A DNA stretch of 64,000 nt from Octopus sinensis (Eukaryota), in the NCBI RefSeq assembly GCF_006345805.1, contig NC_042998.1:204662001-204726000 (forward strand). The letters are read 5' to 3'. A program made the position numbers and the translations under genes. Under the pieces are notes generated by a model. It made no database searches and had not been told where the DNA came from. It saw only the letters and a program-made list of their open reading frames with translations. How positions within the stretch are numbered: the first letter of the stretch is position 1; each line of letters starts with the position of its first letter. Shown in pieces: positions 1 through 11,022 of this stretch.

Positions 1-109
1 GTCCCCCACCACCATCACTTAACAAACAAAGTTGGCGTGTTTATGTCCTCATAACTTAGTGGTTTGGCAAAAGAGACCAATAGACTAAGTACAAGGCTTA
101 CTAAAAATA

Positions 110-235
110 ATTATTTACATTTGACAGATATTTGTCCTCATCTGATATACTCTCCAGCCTTCATCAAGTGCCTTAGAGAAATTTCGAACCTGGGTTCTCA
201 TTCCTAAGGTATTTTTTAATATCATTATTATTATT
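110..235 (-). mobile_element. Probable Penelope-like terminal repeat remnant with a decayed hammerhead-like core
   Basis: Minus strand reads ...ggcacTTGATGAaggctggagagtatatcagatgagg, a CUGAUGA-like core plus partial stem II with no GAAAC, next to an (ATT)n tract. Family assignment is inference. Confidence 0.4.
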
Positions 236-254
236 ATTGTTGTTATTATTATTG

Positions 255-718
255 AGTGAGAGAGCAGTTCATGCCATCAAAGTGACACTGAGGTAAAATA
301 TACGAAGCCCAGTATACCCATCAAGACTACCCATCTGATAAGGGTACACTAGGCACATGCATCACAACCATATGTGCGCAACATGGTGATCTCATATCAA
401 GATAAACAGCACATGACCTTGCAAGTGGGGCCCAGTTAGAATTTTCTTCTGATCGAGTAACCCATCCCGCTCATGAGGTCCCTGAATTAGGATTGTTTGA
501 GGATGTTGAACGAAACACCCATGTTTCCAAAGGTGAATTATCCAAACCTCCAAGAATTCCTTTCAACACACGGCTATGATGCTCCCCCACTACTTCTGCT
601 CGTGATCAGAGATGCACATATCGTCAGCCACTAAGGGACATGCTCAACTGGTTAAGGTCAAACAACTGACAAGCAAATCTGTGGTATTGAGCAGAATATT
701 TGCTGTAGCCCATCTTTT
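255..718 (-). mobile_element. 3'-anchored retroelement fragment with (AAT)n tail; same family at 15745-15885 and 16496-16750
   Basis: Shares the 3' end ...gatggcatg..ctgct..ctcactcAATAATAAT with the 16496-16750 copy; 5' ends differ; flanked by AAT microsatellite. Confidence 0.6.
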
Positions 719-747
719 TTACCATTATTATTATTGTTGTTATTATT

Positions 748-809
748 CAGGTCACTGCTTGGAATCGAACTCAGAATCTTGGGGTTGGTAGCCCATGCTC
801 TTAACCACT
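748..809 (-). mobile_element. Short tRNA-derived SINE (tRNA-like head directly followed by an AAT tail)
   Basis: Minus strand AGTGGTTAAGAGC (A box) ... GAGTTCGATTCC (B box) then agtgacctg(aat)n; no complete cloverleaf. Confidence 0.6.
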
Positions 810-950
810 TAAATATAGAACTGTGTTACAAAGAATAAGTCTTGTGGTTGATTTGTTTGACTAAAGGTGATGCTCCAGCATGGCCGCAGTCAAATGACTG
901 AAACAAGTAAAAGAGTGAAAAAATAAAAGGTTTTATAAAAACATTAAATA

Positions 951-1205
951 ATATTCTGTTGTGTCTAGGGAGAGTAATTTTCTTTTTGTGCCTTATTATG
1001 TAACACACTCACCGGTAAAATTTCCACTTATTTCTTATTTTTATTTTCCTAAAATTTTCGCTGCATCTTGCAACCTTTTCAGTAGACATGATTATTGAAA
1101 ATTTGAGGAAAATAGAAATAAGAAATTAGTGGAAATTTTACCGGTGAGTGTGTTACACTATAAGGCAGAAAAAGAAAATGACTCTCTCCAGACACAATAG
1201 AATAT
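951..1205. mobile_element. Hairpin (foldback) MITE with about 105-bp inverted arms and about 40-bp loop
   Basis: atattctgttgtgtctagggagagt...caccggtaaaatttccact versus agtggaaattttaccggtgagtgtgttacac...ctctccagacacaatagaatat. Confidence 0.8.
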
Positions 1206-1483
1206 GCTTCAACACACAAACTCACATAAAGAATCTTGCAAACCAAATCCAAAAACGAAATTAAATATGCTTTAGCCTTGATAAATCCTCAAAGGTTTTA
1301 TAAAGCATTGAATTGGCAACATTAAGTATAAAACATTAAAATATTTGAAGATGTCTTTTCATACAAAATTTCTTACAGCAAAAATGTTTATGGTGAAATT
1401 TCCTATAACCAGTCCCTCTTTCCACTCAGCAGATAGGCCCTACCCTAACTATTAGATAGGGGTGGGGTCAGTAATTTTGAGGC

Positions 1484-1963
1484 ATTTGCCAGAGCAGCCA
1501 ACTGGCTTCCGTGCTGGTGGCACGTAAAAGGGCACCATTCGAACGTAATTGTTACCAGCATCACCTTACTGGCAGTTGGGCCCGTGCTAATAGGGTGCCA
1601 AGAGCACCATTCGAGTGTGATCGTTGCCAGAACAGCCAACTGGCTCCGTGCCGATGGCACATAAAAGGGTACCATTTGAGCGTGATCGTTACCGTCACCT
1701 TACTGGCATCTGTGCCGGTGGCATGTGTAAAAAGATTTGAGCGAGGTCATTGCCAGTACCGCCTGACTGGCCCCCGTGCCGGTGGCACGTAAAAAGCACA
1801 CACTACACTCTCGGAGTGGTTGGCGTTAGGAAGGGCATCCAGCTGTAGAAACTCAGCCCGATCAAGATTGGAGCCTGGTGCGGCCATCTGGTTCGCCAGC
1901 CCTCAGTTAAAATCGTCCAACCCATGCTAGCATGGAAAGCGGACGTTTAACGATGATGATGAT
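1484..1963 (+). mobile_element. RTE-tail element with about 60-bp internal subrepeats and (GAT)n tail
   Basis: Repeated gtgc(c/t)ggtggcacgtaaaa units, body tacactctcggagtggttggcgttaggaagggcatcc, tail gacgtttaacgatgatgatgat. Confidence 0.85.
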
Positions 1964-2696
1964 TCCCTCAACTCCTATTTTGACCGTAATAATAATTAAA
2001 AAAAGGGTCACTGTATAATGTAGTATTGAATATATTGTCTGAAGGTAAGATGAGGTAATCATGGCTGGAACAATTTGCTGCTAGTTGTGCTGGATGAGAG
2101 CTGGCCTAGGGCTAAACAACAACAAAGCCTCAATAACATTTCAACTCAGCACCAGAAGCTAATGAAACAGCCATCAATTTGACAGTGTTCCTTCCCACTG
2201 TTTACAGTGAATGTTGATCTCAGTATATATTTTAATTTATGTTCACATACACATTGCTTTAAATATTTCATCTCACTGCTCTAGCTTTTGAGTTTTTGTA
2301 TATTTATTACCCCCTCCCCCAAAAATGAGCAATGACCTCCCCTGTCCTGAGTAATAATGATCAACTGCTACCTCCCCTTACATTTTTCTACTTGTTGATT
2401 CATTCATTCACAAACTTCTCCACACATAACATGGACTAAAATCTTCTTAAAAACATAACCTTACAATAATTTCAATGTCATGATTGGCAAAAGCGAAACC
2501 AGTCGACTAACAATACTCTTTCACTTATACAATGTATTAAAAAATATATTAAAAGCATGTAAACTGTGTGCATTTTCCTTCTTTCATTTTATATATTTTT
2601 TGCATTACAACTCACCATGTGGGGGTAATTGAAATTCTCCTTTTTTCATACTACTATATTTACATATATATATCTACATATACACACATACACACA

Positions 2697-3800
2697 CCAT
2701 CATCATACATCCATCCATTGTCTATGCTAGTATGGGTTGGAAGGTTTGACTGAGCTGGCATGCTAGAAGGCTGCACCAGACTCCAGTCTGACTTGGAATG
2801 GTTTTCTACGGCTAGATGCCCTTCCTAATGCCAACCACTCTGAGAGTGTGATGGGTGCGTTTATGTGCCACCTGTACAGGCGCCATTTGCAGGTCTCCGG
2901 GGCTTACTTACATTCCACCAGCACAGGTGCCAATTTGCATGACACAGGTATCTTCCATGATTGCAATTTTGTTCAGCCTGATGAGTCTTCTTCTCAAGCA
3001 TGACATAATGTCAAAAGTCTTAACCACTTTGCCTATGTGAAGCCCAATGCTCGAGAGGAACTCAGCCACTTTGCCTCCATCAGGCCCAACATTCAAAAGA
3101 TGTTCTTTACGTGCCACCAGCACAGCTGCACTTGGCTTGGTGGGTTTCCTTCTCAAGCGCAGCACATCGCCAAAGGTTTCAGCCACTGGCCATTGCCTGT
3201 ATGAGGCTCAAATTTTGAAGATCATGCTTCACCACTTTGTCCCATATCTTCCTGAATCTACCTCTACCACAGGTTCCCTCTGCAGTTAGAGATCTGCACT
3301 TCTTCACACAACTGTCCTTATCCATATGCATCACATGACCATATCAGTGCAGTTGTCTCTCTTGTACACCACATCTGATTCCTCTTATGCCTAACTTTTC
3401 TCTCAAGATGCTTACACCCTGTTGAACATGCACACTAACATCGCAGGTAGCCTGTAGAAGGATATTATAAAAGTGGTCCTTCTGTTCATTTGGTAGGCCT
3501 GCTTGTGGGGTGTAGGCAGAGATAATTGTAGCTATACTAGCCTAAGCTTAAGTACTCTATCGTACACCCTGACTACCTCTATGACTTTATCCATCCATTT
3601 CTCTGCAAGGAGTATGCCTATACCACCTACTCCATCACTGATACCGTCCCAGAAGATTTTATACCTATGTGCCTTGCCTGTGAGAACCCTGGCTGAAGTT
3701 CCTCTCCACCTTATCTCTTGTATGCAGCATATCTCTAAAAACTGGGAGAGGGATGTGGGAGTAAACATGGGAAGGAGAGATGTTATTCAGTGCCTGAAAA
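2697..3800 (-). mobile_element. Internally deleted RTE-clade LINE: APE endonuclease fused to the ORF C-terminus, then 3'UTR and tail
   Basis: Minus strand CCIQEIRWRGTSARVLTGKAHRYKIFW...VIEVVRVYDRVLKLRLV, TIISAYTPQAGLPNEQKDHFYNILLQAT, then directly CDVSVHVQQGVSILREKLGIRGIRCGVQERQLH*YGHVMHMDKDSCVKKC...RKIWDKVVKHDL; no RT domain in between. Confidence 0.85.
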
Positions 3801-4500
3801 GGTTTCCATGTTCATTTGATTGACATGCGACACCTGTTGTTCTCACTTTTAACCTATCATCATTCAAACCTTCAAGCATGTTAAGATTGTTGCCCCTACT
3901 GGAGTAAGTGTTAGCAACATTGTAACTCTAAGTGTTATGAGTTCCTCTTGTAAATACAAGCATTTCTGGTGCTGCAGATGTAAATAGAAATAAAAGTAAA
4001 TATGAATATCATTACGCCAATGTTAGATTACATTGGTGGGCTGCTATCTGGTTGGATTAGTCCTGGGGAGAGAGAGGGGAAGAGGCGAGATAAGGGATTT
4101 CCAGTGAGAGAAGCCAGATTTCTGGTTATTAGTGGTGGGGATGGTGGGAATGGGCAGGCACATGACAAACAAGGAAGGATTATTTTAGAGATTAGCATGA
4201 AAATATTTAGCCAACATGAAAGAAAGATATAGTGAGGCTTTACAGAGATTTCAATTTGGAAGTTATATGAAGAATTAAGGAGAAAAACTGGAACTGAGAG
4301 CGATTAGGATTTGGAATTTATATTGAAGAACCAATTTGAATAATTAGTTTACAAAAGTACATATTAGCAATAATGTGGGTTGGAGGAATGAAGGAATGAA
4401 AACAAAAAAACAAAACAAGAGAATATCTCAGCTGTGCATATTGTGGGTAGCAACAATAACCAAACACTGGAATAAACTACATGAGAGTCTGAGAGGAAAA

Positions 4501-4598
4501 CATACACACACACATACACATACACACACACATACATACACATACACACACACATACAAATACACATACACACATATACACACACACACATATACACA

Positions 4599-4629
<31 letters not shown>

Positions 4630-4645
4630 CACACACACACACACA

Positions 4646-4680
<35 letters not shown>

Positions 4681-4690
4681 TCATACATAC
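4501..4690. repeat. (CA)n/(CATA)n microsatellite
   Basis: Direct reading. Confidence 0.95.
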
Positions 4691-4696
4691 ATATTC

Positions 4697-4843
4697 TCCC
4701 TCTGTTTATTTCCTCGTGTCCCTTTCTGTTGAAGAGCGTAGGCTCAAAATATTAAAGACTTTCTCACCTTCCTGAGCGTTAAACTAATACACCTGTTTGT
4801 TTATACCCCTGTCTTCATCTTAAGTTTTTCTGTAAGTTTCAAA
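4697..4843 (+). mobile_element. Short repeat adjoining a microsatellite with hammerhead-like motif (second copy 11075-11245); probable Penelope-like terminal repeat
   Basis: Both copies share tttctgt...GAGCgtagGCTC(g/a)aaa..aaagactt..cctgagcgtta.actaatac...cctgtctt. Confidence 0.5.
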
Positions 4844-4844
4844 C

Positions 4845-5053
4845 ACCAACCGATCGTGGCCGATGCCAGCCTCGCCTGGCACGTAAAAAGCACCCACTAC
4901 ACTCTTGGAGTGGTTGGCATTAGGAAGGGCATCCAGCTGTAGAAACACTGCCAGATCAGACTGGAGTCTGGTGCAGCCTCCTGGCTTCCCAGACCCCAGT
5001 CGAACCGTTCAGTCCATGCTAGCATGGAAAGTGGACGTTAAACAATGATGATG
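4845..5053 (+). mobile_element. RTE-tail element, 5'-truncated
   Basis: ggcacgtaaaaagcacccactacactc...gacgttaaacaatgatgatg. Confidence 0.85.
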
Positions 5054-5064
5054 ATATATATATA

Positions 5065-5372
5065 TGAGGGTGAGTCAAAAAGTAATGCCATTTTGTTTAG
5101 GACAGGTGTAATTACCAATACAAGAACATGTATCATACATCAAAATGAAGCTGGTCCTCTGTGGATCACATCCCTACTTCTCAACATAGTCACTGTTTCT
5201 CTCAATAGCAATGTTCCACCTTCGAATGAGAGCATGTATCCCTGCCCCATAAAATTCTGTTGACTGTTCTTTGAGCCACTTCTTCACTACCTTCACACTC
5301 ACCAGATTTAGCGCCTTCAGACTATCATCTCTTTGGCCCCATGAAAGAGGGTTTCAGAGACAAACATTATTC
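5065..5372. mobile_element. Mariner derivative: TIR plus inverted transposase 3' end joined to a forward SPDLAPSDYHLF segment
   Basis: TA then tgagggtgagtcaaaaagt (TIR-like). Minus strand KVVKKWLKEQSTEFYGAGIHALIRRWNIAIERNSDYVEK*. Plus strand from 5290 PSHSPDLAPSDYHLFGPMKEGFRDKHY. Confidence 0.85.
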
Positions 5373-6324
5373 CTGCAAATGTGGGGTCAAAAGCTTTTCA
5401 GCCATGACCATCCTGTCTTTGTATCCAGGACTCCATTCCTTTTGTTTCTCATTAAAATGGTTTCCTCTTCAGAAATATGAAAATGGTTAAAAGTCTTCAC
5501 CGTTAAAAAGTTACCTATTTTTTTTAGCCCAAACTCTGCATCAGTCTGCCTCCTGTCTCTTTACATCGTTGTGAGCCAACAGAGGTGACATCATGTGGTT
5601 GCGAGAACCTGCTAATAATAGCAGCTAGATGTTCCTGCAAGAGTGTGTGTATGTGTATGTGCAAGTGTATATCTGTGACTGTATATATATATATATATAT
5701 GTGTGTATATCTGTGATTGTGTATGAGTGTATAAAAGCAGGATGCATTGCTTAATGATGTAGTTGTAGATACATTAGCCTAGAGAAAATCAGAATGGTCA
5801 TGGGGGGAACCCCTCTGGTCATGGTCCTGTTGACCTTCAGTGCAACACATTCCTGCAACCAATTCCAAGATGGCACTCATCTTTGGCTCTGAACTCTGTC
5901 CATGTCTCTTCACAAATGGACTTTTCCATTAACCTTCCATATTGTTTAACCTCAAGGTAATCCTTGATACTGTTGACCCATAATCAAAGCTTTCCAACCA
6001 TGACCATCCCAACTTTTTGTATTTCAGGAGTTACATTGTCCATTGTGTTCTTTTTAAAACAGCAGGACTCATTTTGAGGAATATTCGGTGGCTATTTCTA
6101 GCTTTGGAGGTTTCTCTGTTTGCTTATTCTTCATTCATTAGTCAATCATTCACTGTCAGTGTGTGTGTGTGTGTGTGTGCAAGTAAGCGTGTGTGTGTGT
6201 GATTTCCTGAGCAGTCTCCCCCATCCCCACTCCCCCATTATGAAGTGAACAAAGACTGATACGGCGATAACAAATCAATGAGAAACCAATGTCACGGCGA
6301 CCAGACATCAGCATTTCATCGTTA

Positions 6325-6454
6325 GAGCGTGTGTGTGTCTGTGTCTTTGTGTATGTATGTGTCTGTGTCTGTGTGTGTGTGTCTGTGTGTGTGTGTGTAT
6401 GTGTCTGTGTGTGTCTGTGTCTCTGTGTGTGTGTCTGTGTGTGTCTGTGTGTGT

Positions 6455-6488
<34 letters not shown>

Positions 6489-6850
6489 CTGTGTGTGTCT
6501 GTGTGTGTGTGTCTTTGTGTGTGTGTGTGTGTGTCTTTGTGTATGTGTGTGTCTGTGTCTTTGTGTGTGTGTGTGTGTCTTTGTGTGTCTGTGTGTGTGT
6601 GTGTGTGTGTGTCTTTGTGTGTGTCTGTGTGTGTCTTTGTGTGTGTCTGTGTGTGTGTGTGTCTGTGTGTGTGTGTCTTTGTGTGTGTGTGTCTGTGTGT
6701 GTGTGTCTGTGTGTGTGCGTGTGTGTGTCTTTGTGTGTGTCTGTGTGTGTGTGTCTGTGTGTGTGTCTGTGTGTGTGTCTTTGTGTGTGTCTGTGTGTGT
6801 GTGTGTCTTTGTGTGTGTCTGTGTGTGTGTCTTTGTGTGTGTGTGTGTAT
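6325..6850. repeat. Compound (GT)n microsatellite punctuated by CT/CTTT
   Basis: Direct reading; source of the spurious VC/HT ORFs. Confidence 0.95.
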
Positions 6851-6857
6851 CTTCTCT

Positions 6858-7777
6858 TTTCACAGCTTCACAGAGGCAATGGTGAAAGACCGAGACCTCT
6901 GGAGATATGCTGTGACTGCGAAGACCCGGCAAATAAAGTGAGTTCACAGCTGTAACCTACACCAGTGTCGCATAACCAACCCCAGCCCACTCAAAGGTAC
7001 CTGGGATCATAGGGTGACCTGCTGTGCTTGAGGAGACCTACTGGGTCAAGTACATCAAAATCAAGATCAAATGGAAATTGTAGTTGTGATCCCTGTGTTG
7101 GTGGCACATAAAAAGCACCATCCAAACGGGGCCAATGCCAGCCTCCTCTGGCCCCTGTGTTGGTGGCACATAAAAAGCACCATCCAAACGGGGCCAATGC
7201 CAGCCTCCTCTGGCCCCTGTGTTGGTGGCACATAAAAAGCACCATCCAAACGTGGCCGATGCCAGCCTCCTGTGATCCCTGTGTTGGTGGCACATAAAAA
7301 GCACCATCCAAACGGGGCCAATGCCAGCCTCCTCTGGCCCCTGTGTTGGTGGCACATAAAAAGCACCATCCAAACGGGGCCAATGCCAGCCTCCTCTGGC
7401 CCCTGTGTTGGTGGCACATAAAAAGCACCATCCAAACGTGGCCGATGCCAGCCTCCTCTGGCCCCTGTGTTGGTGGCACATAAAAAGCACCATCCAAACG
7501 GGGCTGATGCCAGCACTGCCTTGACTGGCTTCTGTGCTGGTGGCATGTAAAAAATGCCAACTGATTGTGGTCGTTGCCAGCTTCCTCCAGCCCCTGTGCA
7601 CCCACTACACTCTCAGAGTGGTTGGCATTAGGAAGGGCATCCAGCTGTAGAAACACTGCCAGATCAGATTGGAGCCTGGTGCAACCTCCTGGCTTCCCAG
7701 ACCCCAGTCAAGCCATCCAACCCATGCCAGCATGGAAAACAGACATTAAACGATGATAATGATGATGATGATGATGT
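6858..7777 (+). mobile_element. RTE 3' end and tail containing an expanded 62-bp array
   Basis: ttcacagaggcaatggtgaaagaccgagacctctggagatatgctgtg matches the RTE 3' ends at 29.0-29.6 kb and 63.7-64 kb; ends cattaaacgatgataatgatgatg. Confidence 0.85.
7091..7524 (+). repeat. 62-bp minisatellite, 7 homogenised copies plus a degenerate eighth
   Basis: Unit ccctgtgttggtggcacataaaaagcaccatccaaacg(g/t)ggcc(a/g)atgccagcctcct... starts at 7091, 7153, 7215, 7277, 7339, 7401, 7463. Confidence 0.95.
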
Positions 7778-8369
7778 ACAAGCCTACCCCCTCCTTTTTC
7801 CAATATAAGTCGGTCAGCTTTGGGAGCAGAGGTTATGAGGTCCTTTTAGCCCTGCCTGCCTGAGGACTGTTTAACCTCTCAAGTGTTGGTGTCACAAATA
7901 TATGCACCCACAACAAGTAATAAAGTGGCTGGTGTGTTAGGAAGAGCATCCAGATGTAGGAGCAACGCCAAATCTCACAGGCATCAGCTTATGGGGGCAG
8001 TGGCTCCTTATAACAAGTGACTTGAACTGTGATGAACCATCTAACCCATGCCAGCACAGGAAGCAGACGTAAAAGGATATAATTAATATACTCAATATTT
8101 GTAACAGAGTTAATTTCATCAAGTGAATGTGTGTGTGTGTGTGTGTGGAGGTTGATACCTTTGTAAAACTCTATGCTGTTTGTAATTATCTAAGTATTTA
8201 CCTGTCTGCCATCATCTTGTCAGTACAACTTTCAAGTCCTTTATACACCATATTTTTTAGCAAATAAGTCAACATAGTGTGTAAACATTCAAATATTGGC
8301 CCTATCTTTCCAAATTCTGCTGCATTTCCTGTGGAATTTTTGGTCTGAAAAATTCAACTTGTAAAGCAG

Positions 8370-9206
8370 AAAAAGTTTTGCAATATTTTGCTAACTTTTT
8401 TGCTTTATCCGCTTACAACAAAAGCAGCCGAGCATTCAAGGTAGATGCCATTGTGTTTACGCCATCTGAAGCCGCCTTTCTGCCAGTTCTTTGATCCAAT
8501 GCTGATATCAGTTCTTGTCTTTTGAGGCAAAGAACTCCATCACTAAACCTTCCACCTCGTCTTCGTTGAGCGCAGGTAGTGAGCCACGGATCAGAACAAA
8601 TAACAATCCAAGAGAGAGACACTTTTCCACAATCTTAACAGGGGTTAAGCAGGGGTTAAGCAAGGGCCAGCTTCTGGGCATTTCAAACACAAGGTGATGC
8701 TTGCTCTGCGTTTGATGCGATGATGAGGAGATAATTCACTGACTTTATTTTGGATGGTTGAACTCTCAATGCCAACTTCTACTTTGAACAACTGGAGTGG
8801 ATGCATGCGATTATGTGGCAGAAATATTCAGCATTGGTTAACAGGAAGTGAGCTCATATGACCCAGAATAATCTCCAGGAACTTGAGGGGAGTCAAACTA
8901 ACGCCACACCCAGCCTGTAGTCCGGCCCCTTACTCCCTCCGATTATTATTTGTTCTGTTCCATGACTCTCTTTCTGCACTCACAACACTTCATCAACTCA
9001 GAGGAGTTGAAAGCTTCATTGAAGGAATTCTTTGTCCTGAAAGACAAGAACTGATATCAGCATAGAATCAAAGAACTGTCTGAAAGGTGGCTTCAGACAA
9101 TCCAACACAGTGGCCTCTATTTTGAATGCTCGGCTGATTTTGTCGTAACTTGAGAAAGCAACTAAGTTACCACCAAAACACTGCAAAACTTTTGATTCAA
9201 TACAAT
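8370..9206. mobile_element. Mariner-derived foldback element: forward catalytic-domain/3' fragment plus an inverted copy of the 3' end
   Basis: Plus strand 8690-9130 has decayed HKVML...IIH...TLNANFYFEQLEWMH...KYSALVNR and the C-terminal region; 8370-8610 is the diverged reverse complement of about 8930-9200. Confidence 0.8.
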
Positions 9207-9484
9207 ACACACCACTGTGGATGGTTGTCCTTCCATAGTTTGTTCTGTTTGCAACAAACCTGATATTCCACCATATTCAAGGCAGCTGATTGAAGCTAAT
9301 CTCTGTGGAATACCCTTCCTATTGGGTTACAAAGATATTAATATAAAATGTAAGATGGTTGTTAAAAGCAAATCATCTGGGAATATACATTTATTGATGG
9401 GGGAAACCTGAAGAGTTTTCACCAACCTGTTTATCTTGGTTGGGTTTCATTGTTCACCATCAAAGCTTGGTGATTCTGTTGTTG

Positions 9485-10550
9485 TATAAAGCAGTGAGCT
9501 GGCAGAATCATTAGCAACACCAGACAAAATGCTTAATAGCATACAATCTGAGTTCAAATTCTGCCAGGGTCAACTTTGCCTTTCATCCTTTCTGGGTTGA
9601 TATGATAAATCCCAGTCGAGCAATGGAGATGATGTCCTCAACTAACCCCTCCTTTGAAATTGCTGGCCTTGTGCCAAAGTTTGAAACCCGTAGATTGGTA
9701 GAATCAAGTAGAGCATAAAAAAGAAATATTTTACTGTATTAGTCTCAGATCTTTACATTTTGAGTTCAAATCCTGCTGAGGTCAACTTTGCTTTTCATCT
9801 TCCTGAGGTCGATAGAATAAAGTACCAGTCAAGTACTGAGGTTAATTTGTTTGACTAAATTCTTTGAGGTGGTGCTCCAGCATGACTGCAGTTCTATGAC
9901 TGAAAGTAGTAAAAGATTAAAAGATATATATATATACAATGGGCTTCTTTCAGTTTCTTATTTCTTTACTGCCCACAAGGGACTACACACAGAGGAGACA
10001 AACAAGGACAGACAAAGGGATTAAGTCAATTATATCAACCCCAGTGTGTAACTGGTACTTATTTAATCAATCCCAAAAGGATGAAAGGCAAAGTTGATCT
10101 CGGTGGAATTTGAACTCAGAACGTAGCAGCAGACGAAATACCACTAAGTATTTTGCTCGGCGTGCTAACGTTCCTGCCAGCTCCCTCCACCTTAAGGCTT
10201 CTTTCAGCTTCTGTCTAATGAATCCACTCATGAGGCTTTGGTTGGCTTGGAGCCCACAGTGAAAGACACTTGTCCAAGTTGCTGTGCTGTGGGACTGAAC
10301 CCAGAAACACAGGGCTGGAAAGTGAGCTTCTTGACCACACAGTTACACCTGTGATTTAAAAAAAGATCTCCATTTAACATCCATTTTCCATGCTGGCATG
10401 GGTTGGACAGTTTGAGAGGAGCTGTCAAGTTCAGGGCCCACACCAGGTCCTAGTGTCTGCTTTGTCATGGTTTCTATGGTTACTGGATGCCCTTCCTAAT
10501 GCCAACCACTCTACAGAGTGGACTGGGTGCTTTTTATGTGGCACCAGTTC
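9485..10550. mobile_element. Cluster of SINEs: tRNA-derived Meta-domain-like copies (+ at 9485-9690 and 9700-9920; - at 9955-10195), CORE-like fragment (-), RTE-tail fragment (-)
   Basis: gagttcaaat(t/c)c.g..gaggtcaactttgcctttcatcc motif; gacacttgtccaag; catgctggcatgggttgg. Confidence 0.75.
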
Positions 10551-10884
10551 TAACAGGGTCAGATTTGAAAATGGGTAATCTTTATATCTGTTACAAATTA
10601 TTTCTATTGTTCTTCTTGCTGTTGGCCTCTCTCTCTCTTTCTCTTTCTCTTTCTGATTGTTGGTTATAACTAATCAATACCCAGTAATGAACCCCCACCC
10701 ACTTCTCCATCTCTTGTGCAAAACATGTAGAATGACTTTTGCATTAATTTTGTTTTGGCAAACTTCCTTCACTGAAAAAAGCTTATATTGGATTTCTTAA
10801 ATTACCTGTCAGTCAGGTGTTGTAAACAAGCTAAAGTATTCATTTCCCTAACGATTCTGTTGCTAAGCAATGGTGGTGGGAGTA

Positions 10885-11022
10885 GCATTATTATTATTGT
10901 TGTTGTTATCATCATCATTATCATCATCATTATTATCATCATTATTATTATTATTATTGTTATTATTATTATTATTATTATCATCATTATTATTATTGTT
11001 ATCATTATTATTATTATTATTA
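10885..11022. repeat. (ATT)n/(ATC)n microsatellite
   Basis: Direct reading. Confidence 0.95.

Noticed and set aside
560-640. Hammerhead in the AAT-tailed element (CTGACGA ... GAAA on the minus strand)
   Set aside because: The putative stem II does not close directly before GAAA, so the topology does not fit.
4364-6955. Overlapping VC/HT-repeat ORFs
   Set aside because: Translations of (GT/CA)n microsatellites.
6991-7656. Three long overlapping ORFs with repeated peptides
   Set aside because: They come from the 62-bp array in a retroelement 3'UTR.
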